IMG/VR virus record: IMGVR_UViG_3300021961_000053
Coordinates: 19,216-83,215 of that record
Strand: one strand, 5' to 3'
Length of the DNA: 64,000 nt
Source: a virus
Shown: in pieces, positions 36,301-45,700 of the stretch
Layout of the letters: every line of letters begins with the position of its first letter
Numbering within the stretch: the stretch's first letter is position 1
The notes under the pieces: model-generated
Told to the model about the DNA's origin: nothing
The model's database searches: none
Seen by the model: only the letters and a program-made list of their open reading frames with translations
Translations under genes and position numbers: made by a program

Positions 36301-37833
36301 ATTGATACTCTTGGCAATCAAGTTTCTGGAATTAATACATTTACATCAATCGTCTTTAGTAGTCCAGTTGATGCATCAAGAAAAATTACTGCCCAAATTC
36401 AGTTAATTGAAGCCACAGGCAGCGAATTACAAAGAGCAGGGGCAGAATTTTTAGGAATTCGAGATGATGATGCAGATAACGTACAAGTAATTGATCTATT
36501 TACTGCGACCAATCAATATATCTCACAAATTTCTGGTCGTGTTGCGGATATTATTTCAAACTCTATTGTAACTGCTAGCAGACAAATCACCACCACTGTA
36601 GATGTGTTACTACAGAATGATGCCTTGTCAAATATCAATTACTATGAGGTTGGTGCATATCTTGATATTGATCTTGGTCTCACAGACACTATTGTTTATA
36701 TTCCAGATACAACCAAATTTAAATCAAATGGTTATCTATTGATTGGAAATGAAGTTGTTCGCTACATGCGTAAGCTGAATGATCGTTTCCTCAAGGTAGA
36801 AAGAGCACAAAATAACACAACAGCACAGTTCTGGGCTGCAGGAACATTTATCAGGCAGATTCCAAATCCAGTATCTGTTGCATTTGGAGGCGTTGCTGTT
36901 ATTCATTCCGATGCTTCTGTAAGCATGGTTGGTGCTTTTGCTGGGGTTGGAGCAGCAGGAGATGGACAAGATAGAGTTCGCTATCAACAAATAGAATCTC
37001 CAAGTGTGACTGTTGTATCAACTTCCAGAGTAATTACTGCAGAGATACAACCAGAAATTAATATTCAGTCTATAACAGAAACATATAGTTTTGTAAAATA
37101 TAGGTTAGAGACTTCCGTTGATAGTATTAAATCAATCATTGTTTCTCATGAAGCAACTGAGACAAGAGCAGAAATTCAGTCTGTTCAATCTCAGTTTGTA
37201 GTTCAAAGAGCAGCAACAGAATTGGTATTGACACCACCACCTTCTGGTATTATTGATAGATATGAAGAAAGTGTTTACATAGATGATCCAATCAAAACAA
37301 GATTGAATGGATTTGTAGATATTCTCAATGATTATGGTGTCGTTCAAAGAAGTTCAAATATAATTTATGTTTCCAACTCCATATTTGGAAGCGGTAGTGA
37401 ATATTTTGGAAACTACACTAATTCAAATGCTGGATATGTTATTAAACATTTTGATGGAATATTTGACGATGGATTTGCTAATGTATCTGGATTGTCAATT
37501 CAAGAGATTACTACGTACTTCTCCGCATTAACTCTTCGTGATTTTACGGAAAGAAAAAATTCTCAATATACTCTTTCTGGCGCTAAATTTAATTTATTGC
37601 CACCATCAATACAAAATCCAGTCAGTATTAGTTCTTCTTCTGGAACAATTGTTGGATCAATATCTGTGCAATCAACAACATATTTCCCCGAGGAAGGATA
37701 TCTATTCAGTTCTGGTGGAACAGTCATTCAATATACAGGTAAAACATCAACAACCTTTGACGGATGTACATTGCATAAAGGACCAGACTTGATCACTGCT
37801 GGTGATGAGTTGGTTCCATATTCAATTTCCTAA
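27316..37833 (+). CDS. gp7: Giant baseplate wedge initiator gp7-like protein (3505 aa) with YHYH-type domain and repeats
   Basis: Lies between gp6 and gp8; LIKNIKQFYKTKGT, DSFFYQDYSYVIKS...HPAGF, HSPIIGFAYDGNPIYGP. Confidence 0.85.
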   Translation: MAIKTKKISALIESQLPNFIVDEYPLFSKFLEKYYEAQENSGQPLDLANNILEYADINYYESNLLKENTLLSSTISASDSTIVLDAGDSFPDKNGYVRINDEIIFYGRRNGNILTNCSRGVSGNTTLGDLYEQSSFVTTEAAGHVSGSVVYNVSNLFLYALIKSFESQYLASFPEKYLKGAVDKRTLIKNIKQFYKTKGTTASIRFIFNSIVAKDTRDVPETYNPTDYTYKASNADWINVFAIKAKVVSGDPNDLIGKVIVQEETDEYGYASATVDNVYPDGTSDGEQIWNIVLAPETVNGTFAISTKTRLEKELQTTDGVGKRVNVFSTVGWGKTGEILIGDEIIKFEEKNVTQFVIKKRGNITYTHSVGASVYKPVTISGSNVTMLTFGVVYNLKPNNLQPYSFTGDKVQISNPGFETSDPKIVLSGTNQVRWLLNRNLPVSITSIPLLQTSLDDVSTDVSAIFSDDQYYYITTSGFPSYNILNGSTVTQTVQDQKILRIIRKRATRTTEKYNTPKSEVGILLNGARVYCHKDSESIRYGKLESIAVNTQGSGYAKPPFVLLDGVPNKARAILSGSVVERYVVDTKDTFRRTPVVEVTSGRGAVVRAIVTGDKITSLVIDNPGEYYSSPPLIRITDKNGKGRFADYTSVVNTDGKITGFIKNDEGTFYNQNTVVVDVIPVGKGATATPFLKEWNFNRFEKLKTNLDSEYGYVFKNYNNVLEYGYGHVANPKALRVALNDNLGPSGIEPSTKVHSPIIGFAYDGNPIYGPFGHQNPLDPQSPIARMTSSYSRKGTRADGPSMTTYPLGSFTNDYVYTHKSGSLDENNGRFCITPDYPEGVYAYFITIDSNQVPQYPYILGENFYSLPVESNYASDINQNDIPKNSKRLFVPGMPQNGSGVVAEIAEVKSGTVDAISIDRSSDNFSVNSKLYFDNRGTDGSDAEALVESVKGKVVSYLDSYENKVVKLTTIQNAYLFTDDTLRQPSSGASGVIVGEVKNDNVVVLKNVVGTFDNTGTFSADIKTFFILLDQKSSFTKGATISLTDGINPPIATAEILNGTAAQNVVEIKVETGDWLQFNQADYFLQSDNLFDTSGTRPVILTSLSDNLEPFEVNQSVALIETASNHGLGVGDKVNVDIFPDDASKTKTYYLRKRLYQDVVLKAPQFKTSINDTGVGRFQILNGGAGYTPGTYTNVPLTGGSGSGLTATITVSNAGIVSSIQLQNGGNGYKKADYLGVDDESLQRSVNFGSTQRLALYVDHVGFASGSTNLTLDSVTGISENDLIFIGEEIIKVSSIAGKTLTVLRARENTIDADHYNGQEVSLYKPRYNFDANFQVGSGIGSGYIASYDLETQKATIVYDYSTLKETAKNVKISTTFFDNSVPSRLVSIRTVDPIEYKFEFSEDNVNYIPNPTIEIQEYYKYKFDTSHSSLTGTYFDLSPSKNYNVITTEKLASNILPGNPGAFTDVKFGFGPRIAGNNYQTKTGTDFTNFYYFDKKGIVDSDGKYLKIITDPLQGEKVLNYVTPNRFVYNIVDPPLWDGSGSITYTTTGQFAVGELNSIKITNLGLNYKKVPVIAGIDPNQNFKAKATVLFDAATSTITGVSLDDKGSNYTNPKAVIIDGDGIDATFNLVVRDGSIFSITIGNPGRGYTYAPTIEIVEGDVEAYVDSSTIGIPQSINIIRNGGAFHLDKTISSKFESKYTVSLKNFSGNFQRGETVIQKIGQTEISRSTVSEWRLGSNLLKLENIRGILREDIAIEGLVSRANGNVKAVYATTFAESITAFFDNVGYYKSDKGKLGVSNQKITDSFFYQDYSYVIKSKTPIEQWRDLIKSTTHPAGFRLFGQVDIEASAQVEMPVEMPKASHYSVIQLWDPNKNKITVENTRRTITQTIQKIENQRIRKGVGSAATSEFNFNESRAFTFTLNGSFDGYYDSNGRLQGTTTFQILDDQGFPFFPASSKNLIVTLDGILQEPEVAYTISADNIIFSQPPLGPYQKLTGSTLTALTPYAGVTFYGRYFSFKDSQYNTRYFKKIRNIFQRNGRWLDAANQIERNRSFIVEESIGYGRSKYPSLDWSTKQDDYERDLGYILDAYQHDIRFGGNVKTVDYVSFFNQDTDYDYITDNKVQSLSIFKYATNLAKLSVRNWDVVETGVSYIQGSKVVIVQDTNNLAVGMHISSGRSYAPGTKIVSIDSATQVTLSHAALANSGGGGGAPDGTTTYSGTSGGNVTAPTNTVAIEPGDTFAVEPGDTFIAPVSFSGSDTATFFFSGINSGTFYDAANLISYNKEYLQEEISGYIYDNYTLSTDVSKCYRDLGYLVDAITYHLKFGGNEKVVEFARLYYTNAGYPYGEELTYINRTAEETAAAIDAWEKLGEKMILAMRNSLGAGAYTAILPVTDTSIAVDPVSPYCSEVASAINSYVDIVKDILANGTGAVDSVGINATKPGYWTDTKPSIDYNLIPDPSKPGTGECDDVVSAIDSLYDNVDDVLAELLVAKNLPDYVDGENKVFELYWDDDTEVSTEEDEDLFLMINAVLQRPKYNAEYPGGDAYYIDRNTIPNKLVFDVAPIWDQDFGAKSIGEPTAVEKVVGIGVGNYKRLTIDYNLVNGVKTGPFLILDVEDKTVQSVEEKEYLYVFLDGVLQREGYSYIVSGPNIYFNVPIKKEMKIDMRYLYGRDVGQILNIYDFAPDTYFATGTFIIESSSSLINDYLSYRWMGNLSGFGVHCWQQRPDGTYNVIGKLTNPYRTSSEIKFDVVRSQNATIIPGLDIVFAVEGRYSRTFTLPTSEFTNATLTLEVDEFGRKILSSEDAYWYGTFFRRFHKNPFVSLSNGDKIRVEGEDKFRSIKVLPQKTTSKDGRDGEQLSDDIYGSVEVETYNGITRGEGLSVVATIENGSVVSLSWNQRSWDPLTQPTAYQYFTPPVLEFVPENGDGGGARAEVIVSKGQVISVDLLDGGSGYTKAPKVVVARRYEILNERDIGVSLIRVGINPYVEHAGMIVTSTIDTLGNQVSGINTFTSIVFSSPVDASRKITAQIQLIEATGSELQRAGAEFLGIRDDDADNVQVIDLFTATNQYISQISGRVADIISNSIVTASRQITTTVDVLLQNDALSNINYYEVGAYLDIDLGLTDTIVYIPDTTKFKSNGYLLIGNEVVRYMRKLNDRFLKVERAQNNTTAQFWAAGTFIRQIPNPVSVAFGGVAVIHSDASVSMVGAFAGVGAAGDGQDRVRYQQIESPSVTVVSTSRVITAEIQPEINIQSITETYSFVKYRLETSVDSIKSIIVSHEATETRAEIQSVQSQFVVQRAATELVLTPPPSGIIDRYEESVYIDDPIKTRLNGFVDILNDYGVVQRSSNIIYVSNSIFGSGSEYFGNYTNSNAGYVIKHFDGIFDDGFANVSGLSIQEITTYFSALTLRDFTERKNSQYTLSGAKFNLLPPSIQNPVSISSSSGTIVGSISVQSTTYFPEEGYLFSSGGTVIQYTGKTSTTFDGCTLHKGPDLITAGDELVPYSIS

Positions 37834-37840
37834 ATATTGC

Positions 37841-37854
37841 TATAAATATAAATA
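37841..37854 (+). promoter_or_regulatory. Tandem T4 late promoter TATAAATA
   Basis: Two overlapping perfect boxes (37841, 37847) before gp8. Confidence 0.8.
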
Positions 37855-37887
37855 ACTCAGGCACAAACACTACGTCGGAAAAAACCA

Positions 37888-39699
37888 ATGGCTGCTATTA
37901 TCTCTGATAAGTTTAGAATTTTTAATGCGAAACAATTTCTTGAATCGCTAACTGAGGGTGCTACGGATACTAGCGCCGAGCGTTCCAGAATGTATTTCTT
38001 TGTGGGTCGCCCACAACCCTGGAAAGCGTACTTAGAAGTTTATTCTAAGTCGGCAACCAACTTTACTGTTGGCAACGAAGTTTATGTCGGAACATATGGA
38101 TCAACAGCGTTCCGTGCCACAGTTTCTGCCGTTTATGATAGTGCCCTCCTCCTAACCGACATTTTTGGCAGCAACGGTGTTAATTCTGCTCCTTCTTTAG
38201 GCAGCACTCTAAAAGAGACAGCAGACGGTGGTGTTAGTGATACTGCAGCCACAGCAACCACTGGTGTCTATCGCTACGCTACTGAAGATGTGCCACCACT
38301 TCCTCTTGATAACCAAAGAGAGAAGATCGCTCTTTACGACGAAATTATTGCTGCTAAGCGCGTTACTGATGCATATGCAAGAACAGTTGTTCGTCGTTAT
38401 AATTGGGATCTAGTTGCAAATCCTAAGTTTGACATGTGGAAACCTGATTACTCTGCTACTCCTGGTGGTGGCGGTCAAATCGGTAAGCAAACCGCGACTG
38501 GTGCAGACAACATTTCAGATGCTAAGTTCTATGTAATGAACTCTTCATATGAAGTATTCAAGTGCCTCTATAATGGTGAGAATCCTTCAAACACAACTGG
38601 ACAGAATGCAACTGAAGAACCATTAACTACTGGTGCTAACTATGATGCTGGTACTGGTCTCTACACCGAGACAACAGGTGCTGGTTACATCTGGAAGCAC
38701 ATGTACACTATCCCAACTGACGATGTTCTGAAGTTCCTTTCTTCGGATTTCATGCCAATCGTTCTCCCATCACAACCTTCTAGAGTGGCAGTTGCTGGTC
38801 TTGCAGTTCCTGGTGCTGTTGATGTTGTTTTAATTGAAGATGCGGGCAATAATTTACCAGCATCTCAAACTCTTTACACAGGCATCAAGGGAGATGGAAC
38901 TGGTGGTGTAATTGAGTTTGTTACAGATGGTACTGGAAGCATTACTTCCGCATCTGTTGTTGCTCGTGGTTCTGGTTACACTTATGCCAATGTTCTCCTT
39001 GGAAACGGTAATTTATTCTCAAACCAAGCACTGTCATCCGCTGTTGCAACTCCAGGTGGAGCAACTGGAGCTCTAGAAGTTGTAATGCCTCCTCAAGGTG
39101 GTCATGGTTCAGATCACGAGATCGAACTAAATGGTAAGCGTGTTATGACGAATATTCGTCTAACTTATGCGGAAGGTTCTGGAGACTTCCCAGTTGATAA
39201 CGATTTCCGAAGAATCGGTATTATCAAGGATCCATACAACTATGGAACCACAACATATTCAACTTCAGATACTTTATCTGGTCTTCGTGCAATCAAGATT
39301 ACTGGAGCATCTGCAGACTTTATTCCTGATGAAACTATTTCACAAACAGTAAGTGGTGGAACCGCATATGGAACAGTTGTTTCTTGGACCCTAGATTCTG
39401 GTTCAACAACTGCTGGTGTTCTTAAGTATATCCAAACCAATGATGCACACACAGATCAAGGTGTAGTAAGAGCTTTTGCAAGCAACGGTGCTAATGCAAT
39501 CTCTGGCGGACTCTCTGCTGCTTCTGGTAATGTCGATACTGGATATGCAAATACACTTCTAGGAGCAACATTTGCTGCTGGTCTAGCAACTCCAGAAATT
39601 GAAAACAACTCTGGAGATGTAATTTACATTGAAAACCGTCGTCTAATCACCCGTGCTCCTGACCAGATTGAAGATATCAAACTGGTTATTGAGTTCTGA
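37888..39699 (+). CDS. gp8: Baseplate wedge subunit gp8
   Basis: MAAIISDKFRIFNA, FYVMNS.YEVFKCLYN, GYIWKHMYTI, NDFRRIGII.DP, SGD.IYIENR...R..DQ.EDIK..IEF. Confidence 0.92.
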   Translation: MAAIISDKFRIFNAKQFLESLTEGATDTSAERSRMYFFVGRPQPWKAYLEVYSKSATNFTVGNEVYVGTYGSTAFRATVSAVYDSALLLTDIFGSNGVNSAPSLGSTLKETADGGVSDTAATATTGVYRYATEDVPPLPLDNQREKIALYDEIIAAKRVTDAYARTVVRRYNWDLVANPKFDMWKPDYSATPGGGGQIGKQTATGADNISDAKFYVMNSSYEVFKCLYNGENPSNTTGQNATEEPLTTGANYDAGTGLYTETTGAGYIWKHMYTIPTDDVLKFLSSDFMPIVLPSQPSRVAVAGLAVPGAVDVVLIEDAGNNLPASQTLYTGIKGDGTGGVIEFVTDGTGSITSASVVARGSGYTYANVLLGNGNLFSNQALSSAVATPGGATGALEVVMPPQGGHGSDHEIELNGKRVMTNIRLTYAEGSGDFPVDNDFRRIGIIKDPYNYGTTTYSTSDTLSGLRAIKITGASADFIPDETISQTVSGGTAYGTVVSWTLDSGSTTAGVLKYIQTNDAHTDQGVVRAFASNGANAISGGLSAASGNVDTGYANTLLGATFAAGLATPEIENNSGDVIYIENRRLITRAPDQIEDIKLVIEF

Positions 39700-39720
39700 T
39701 TCAAACAAAAGATTATTAAG

Positions 39721-39748
39721 TCCCCTGAGAAATCAGGGGATTTTTTTT
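39721..39748 (+). terminator. Rho-independent terminator
   Basis: TCCCCTGA-GAAA-TCAGGGGA followed by 8 T. Confidence 0.9.
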
Positions 39749-39796
39749 ATCTCTACTAAATACTAAAGACTGGATACTAGTATTTGGCGGAGTACG

Positions 39797-42700
39797 ATGC
39801 CTCAGAAGACTAACCTTAATGTAAATCCTTATTATGAGGACTTTGACGCGAATAAGAATTTTTATAAAATTCTATTCCGTCCAGGATACTCTATTCAAGG
39901 TAGAGAGTTAACACAACTACAATCAATCCTTCAAAATCAAGTAGAAAGTTTTGGAAGATTTGCATTTAAACAAGGTCAATTGGTTATTCCAGGTGAAGTT
40001 TCACTTAACACCAAACTTGACTATGTTAAACTGTCATCTGTAACTGAGGTAGCAGTAAATGATGGAAATGATATTGTTTATAAAAAATATGATATTACCC
40101 AGCTGATTGGGCAAACTCTGAGAGGTATAACCTCTGGGGTTAGAGCAACCGTACTGACAGCAAATTTAGCAACCGCAAATTCTGCTGATACGTTGTACGT
40201 AAACTACTTAAACAGCGGTAATTCAAATACAGAAGAAACTTTTAGACAGGGTGAAACTTTAGAAGTTATTAATGGTGTTAATACTCCTTTGATGGTTGTT
40301 GGAACAGATGGAAGTGTTCTCCCAACAAGTATCAGTGTAAAAGATCCAGAATCTGGATTGATTACATCATTAGAAAGTCCAGCAATGGGTTATGGATCTG
40401 CCGTAAAGGTAGAAGAAGGAATTTATTTTGTGAATGGTTACTTCGTTCGCAATGATGAACAACTTTTGGTAATTGATGAATACTACAACAAACCATCCGC
40501 CAAAGTCGGATTTACTATTGTTGAAGAGATTATAACTCCAGAGGAAGATTCAAGTCTATATGACAACGCTATTGGATCTTCAAATTATACAGCTCCTGGA
40601 GCACACAGATTAAAAATTAGTCTGGCGTTGAAAGAATTTTCATTAGATGCAATAACAGATAAAAATTTCATTCAGTTACTTACTGTATTAAAGGGCACTG
40701 TTCAGAGAAAAATTGCTGCAGCAGATTATACACTTTTAGAGCAAACTCTGGCACGTAGAACTTTTGATGAAAGTGGAGATTATGTAGTAGAAAATTTCTC
40801 TGTTGATATCAGAGAATATGCCCAACAGAACAGCAATATGGGCATATATTCTGTAGATGAATTTGGTTTATACAATGGATTAACTCAAGCAGAAGCATCC
40901 AAAAAAATGGTTGCTAGCATTGGTCCAGGTAAAGCATACATTAAAGGTTACGAAATTGTAAATAAAGAGACTAAGTATCTTGAGATCAATAAGGCAAGAG
41001 AGAGTCTAACAAGCGACAACGTAACAATAAAAACAAAAGGACTTCCAACCTACACTATTTCTAATGTTTATGGTAGTGTTCCACTAAACAAAGAAGGATC
41101 ACAATTAACAGCATATCCAACGGTATACCTATACAATCTTTTTAATGATGGGTATGTCGGTTTAAATGGAACTGAGTCCAATACAAATTATCGTCAAACA
41201 ATTCAAAGAAGAGGTTTATTCTTTGATTCAAATACAGCTATAAAAACAATAACGTTGAATATAGTTGATGTCAATATTCCTATTACATCTATCTCTCCAG
41301 ATGAGCTCGAAACTACGTTTGCAAAATTATGGTATGTAAAAACTAGAGCTGGTACTAATGTTGTTTCTAGTGTAGATGTTCTTTCATATACTAAAGTATT
41401 CAAACCACTAATAAATCCTGGCACCACAGAGGAATCAAAATTCCTTGAGGTAACTGTTGCTGGTTTAAAGTCGGATCTTGAAAATGTATTCAAGGACTAT
41501 GATGAGAGTTCCGATAACAAGAGGAGAAAATTATTCTTGACCCAGAATGATGCTCTTGGTGATGAAAAGGAAGGACTATCTTCAACAATATTTGCATACA
41601 TTGTTGATTATAGCGATAGCATTACTCCTGTAATTGGAACTGCAAAACCAAGTAATTTTTACTTGCAGCGTAGAGGGGATGGATTTAATCCAGATTCAGA
41701 TGTTGTAATTTCCAAAGGAATTCTTCCACAGGGAACAGAGGCATACAATGCTTCCTTCGGATTTTCATATTTTGATCCCCAATTCTTCACAAAATTAAAA
41801 TTAAATTCTACCCCACCACAAGGATCTTATGCTGTTGGTGTCTATGTGTATGGATTAACCAGTGGTGCTTACGGTGTTGTTGAAGGTGCTCCAGGTGGTG
41901 TATATTCAACTGGAAATCTTTTATTCGTCAAAACTCTTTCTGGAAAATTTGTTCCAGGTGAAACAATCAGAGACGAAAAAGGCAATCTAGTAAAAATTGC
42001 CCAGGAAAATACAATTTCGCATTTCATTGTTCAAAATAGAGGTCTAGGATATCCAACTACTACCAAGATCATTATTGATGGTGTAACTTATGATTCTTCT
42101 CAGTTCGAAGTAAATACTATTGCTACTGGCGTCTATAAAATTTCCATCAACGATACTTCTGCGCTTGTTCAATATTCAAAACCTCCAGTTGTTACTTTTG
42201 ATACTGGATCTGCAAATCCAACAGAAAGTGCTTCCGTTTTACCTATTCTCAATAAGAACTCAGTAACAACATATACACCACAAAATGTAAAATCATTTGG
42301 TGCATCATATGGATCTGGGAACGAGAATAAATTTACAGCAGATGTTATTGCTGATAGCAGAACATTTTCAGATATCACCCCCATCACAGATTTTACTTTC
42401 TTTGGTTTAAAAGGAACAAAGTTCTTAGAATCTACTAGTTTTAGTGCTGATGCAAGTCCTGTTGTTCAACAGGGAGATTTGGTTCAATTCTCTGATGCAT
42501 CGAATAATACAATTAGAGCAATTGTTCAATATGCAACCAGTCCTAGCGGATCATCAAAGACAAGAATTTATTTGGATGAAACCCTATATGACGATGTAAC
42601 TGGAACAACCGTCGTTCGTTTGCGTCCAAAAGTAGCAAATTCTAATGCTGGAACACTACTATTTCCAACTGGTAGTAAGCAGGTATCAAAAATTTCTGCT

Positions 42701-45700
42701 GGATCCGAAGATAGCAAGATCAAATATTATTTCCGCAGAGATTTTGTAACTAGTGGTTCAACTGATGGCGGTTTAATCACGTTTGCTGCTCAACTTCCAT
42801 TTGGAACACAAAGATTTGCAGCATTTAATGAAAACAACTATATTATTACTGTGCTTAATAAGAATAGTGCAGACTTGGTAGAAACTGGAGACATTATATA
42901 CATTGATCCAGATTTTGTTACTATTTCTTCATCCACTGATACAGCAAGTGGTCTAACAGCTGGAAGCATTGAATTCGAACTTCCAAAATCATACTTCACA
43001 GCAAATTACGAAGGAGTAGCAAATTATGTTGCTCCAGATCTTAAATTGACAGCAACTCTCGAAGTTACTAATGCAAAACCAAGATTAAAAACCGCAGTTA
43101 GAAATAGAAGAATTGTTGTCAGTTCTGCTGGCGATAGAGTCCTTCCGTTTAGAGGAACAAATTACGATAGTGATAGTGTAGAAATACTATCATACTCAGA
43201 TGCCTTTAAATTGAGATATGTTTATGAAGGCACAAGCACACAACCACCAGAGATCGATAGAGCTGGAAATTTAGTATCGGGAACCGATGTTACAAATAGA
43301 TATACATTTGATGATGGTCAGAGAGATACAATTTATGATGTTTCTAGAATCATAATTAAACCTGGATTTGAACCAGCAGTAGGTCAATTAGTGATTGCAT
43401 TTGATTATTTCGAACAGTCTCAGGGAGACTTCTGTACAATTGATAGCTATCTACACGAGTCTGGCGTAACTGAAGATGAAATTCCATCATTCAATTCTTC
43501 TGTACTAGGAAATGTTGATCTAAAAAATCTTATTGATTTTAGACCAAAAGTTAATAGTCAAACAATTATTGCTGGATTCCAGGATACATCTTCTCTTGAA
43601 GTTACAAGCAGCAATTTCTCTGGAGCTGGAGCGGTTGTTGCAAGTACGCCTGCCCCAGATATAAATCTGGAATATACATTCTCATTCAGTCAAGTTCAAT
43701 ACCTTGATAGAATTGATGGCATTTTCTTGAATAAGAATGGGGAGTTTGTTGTTAAGGAAGGCAATTCTTCTTTGAATCCATCCAAACCAGATCAAATTAA
43801 AGATGCTATTCCTTTGTTCTATGCATATATTCCAGCTTACACTAATACAAGCAGAGATGTAAGAATCACTCCAGTTGAACATAAGCGTTATACAATGCGC
43901 GATATTGGTAAATTGGAGAAGCGCATTGAGCGCCTGGAATATTACACAACTCTTAGCATCCTTGAGCAACAAGCTTTAAACATGCAAGTTAAGGATGATA
44001 TTGGATTGGATAGATTCAAGTGTGGATTCTTTGTAGATAACTTTGAAGCACATAAAGTTGGAAATCTTGTTTCTGCTGATTATAAGTGCTCTATTGATAG
44101 TAAGCAATCTGTTTTACGCCCACAATCAAAAGAAGACTCTTTAAAACTAAAAGAAGTTTATACCAGACAAGATCAGAGATCTGTAGCAGGATATCAAAAA
44201 TCAAAAGATATTGTTACTCTTCCATATTCTCCCGTGAGATTACTTGGAAATGACTTTGCTTCAAAAACAATCAACCCAAATCCATTTGTTGTATTCCAAT
44301 ATGTTGGAGATGGTAAGATTTCTCCAGAGATCGATCAATGGTATGATCAATCTATTGATCCCCTGGTTGTGGATACAAATACAAGCATCTTTAACATTTT
44401 CTTAGCCAAGGATGATTCCAAGGAAAGTTTTGCGAGCCTCCATAATTCATTTATCGTTAATTGGGTTGGAACTTCTCCTTCATTCACTTCTATTAATTCT
44501 CTAGGAGAATCAAATAGTGCAAATGCAAGATCAACGGTGAGTGCTGCTTCAGTTGGAAGTTCTTCTAACATTAGTCCACAAAATAACGAGATTGGTAAGG
44601 GAGTCCAGTCAAAGTCTGTTGGAGAAAATATTGTTTCTACCTCTCTGCAATTCTTTGCTAGAACTCAACCAATCAAATTCGTAATTGGAAGATTAAAACC
44701 AAACACCAAAGTTTCGGTTTTCCTAGAAGGAAGAAATATTAATCGTTGGGTAAATCCAGATCTTAGATTTACTGGAACTGCTGCAAATTCACTATCTGCT
44801 TTTAATGGCGATATTGTAACTGACGAAAGTGGAAATGCTAGTGGTCTAATTCTTTTACCTGCTGGATATCCACCAAAAGAAAATGCCACTTGGACTGGTG
44901 ATATTGGAACTGTAGATTATGACACATCGGCAGAGGAATTGAGATTTACTGTTGGTACTTTGACTTTTAGATTTACTTCAAGTTCCGTAGATGCATCTAA
45001 GGAGACCGTAGATACCTATGCGGAAATTAAATATTATGCTACTGGAATTCTTCCAGAAAATCCAGCAGGTATTGTTTCCACCAAACCTTCATATTTCAAA
45101 TCAAATGAAGGTGTCCAGTTTGTGGATAGCAACACTGATAATCCATTAAGACCAAACCCACTGGCACAAACATTTAGGGTTGAAAATTATGATGGTGGAT
45201 TATTTGTTACTGGAGCTGATCTGTATTTTAAAACTAAGAGTGCTGAAGTTCCTATCAAAGTATATCTGACAAATGTAGATTATGACAAACCTGGAAAAAA
45301 TATTATCCCTGGAACAGAAGCAACTCTTACTCCTTCAACATATCTAAAATGTTATGCAAATGGTAATGCTAATATTACCCTTGGAGAATATGTTATTGGA
45401 ACTAGTTCTGCTGCCTCTGGACCAATCTCTGCCGTTTATGACAAAAACGGTGTTGAATTAACTCCAACCTCCACTGGCATTTATTCTCTAACCAATGAGC
45501 AGGTTTATACTCTTGTTCTAAGTAACCATAATGGCAGATCTTTCTCACAAAATGAAGATTTGGAGATTCCTTCAGTAACACTGGCAAATGCTCTTAGTGG
45601 AACTAATATTAAAATAACAATTGCTAAGGATAGTGGAAAACTTTCTGATATTAGAATTACAAATCCTGGAGCAAATTATGATAGCGCAGTCTTAACAATT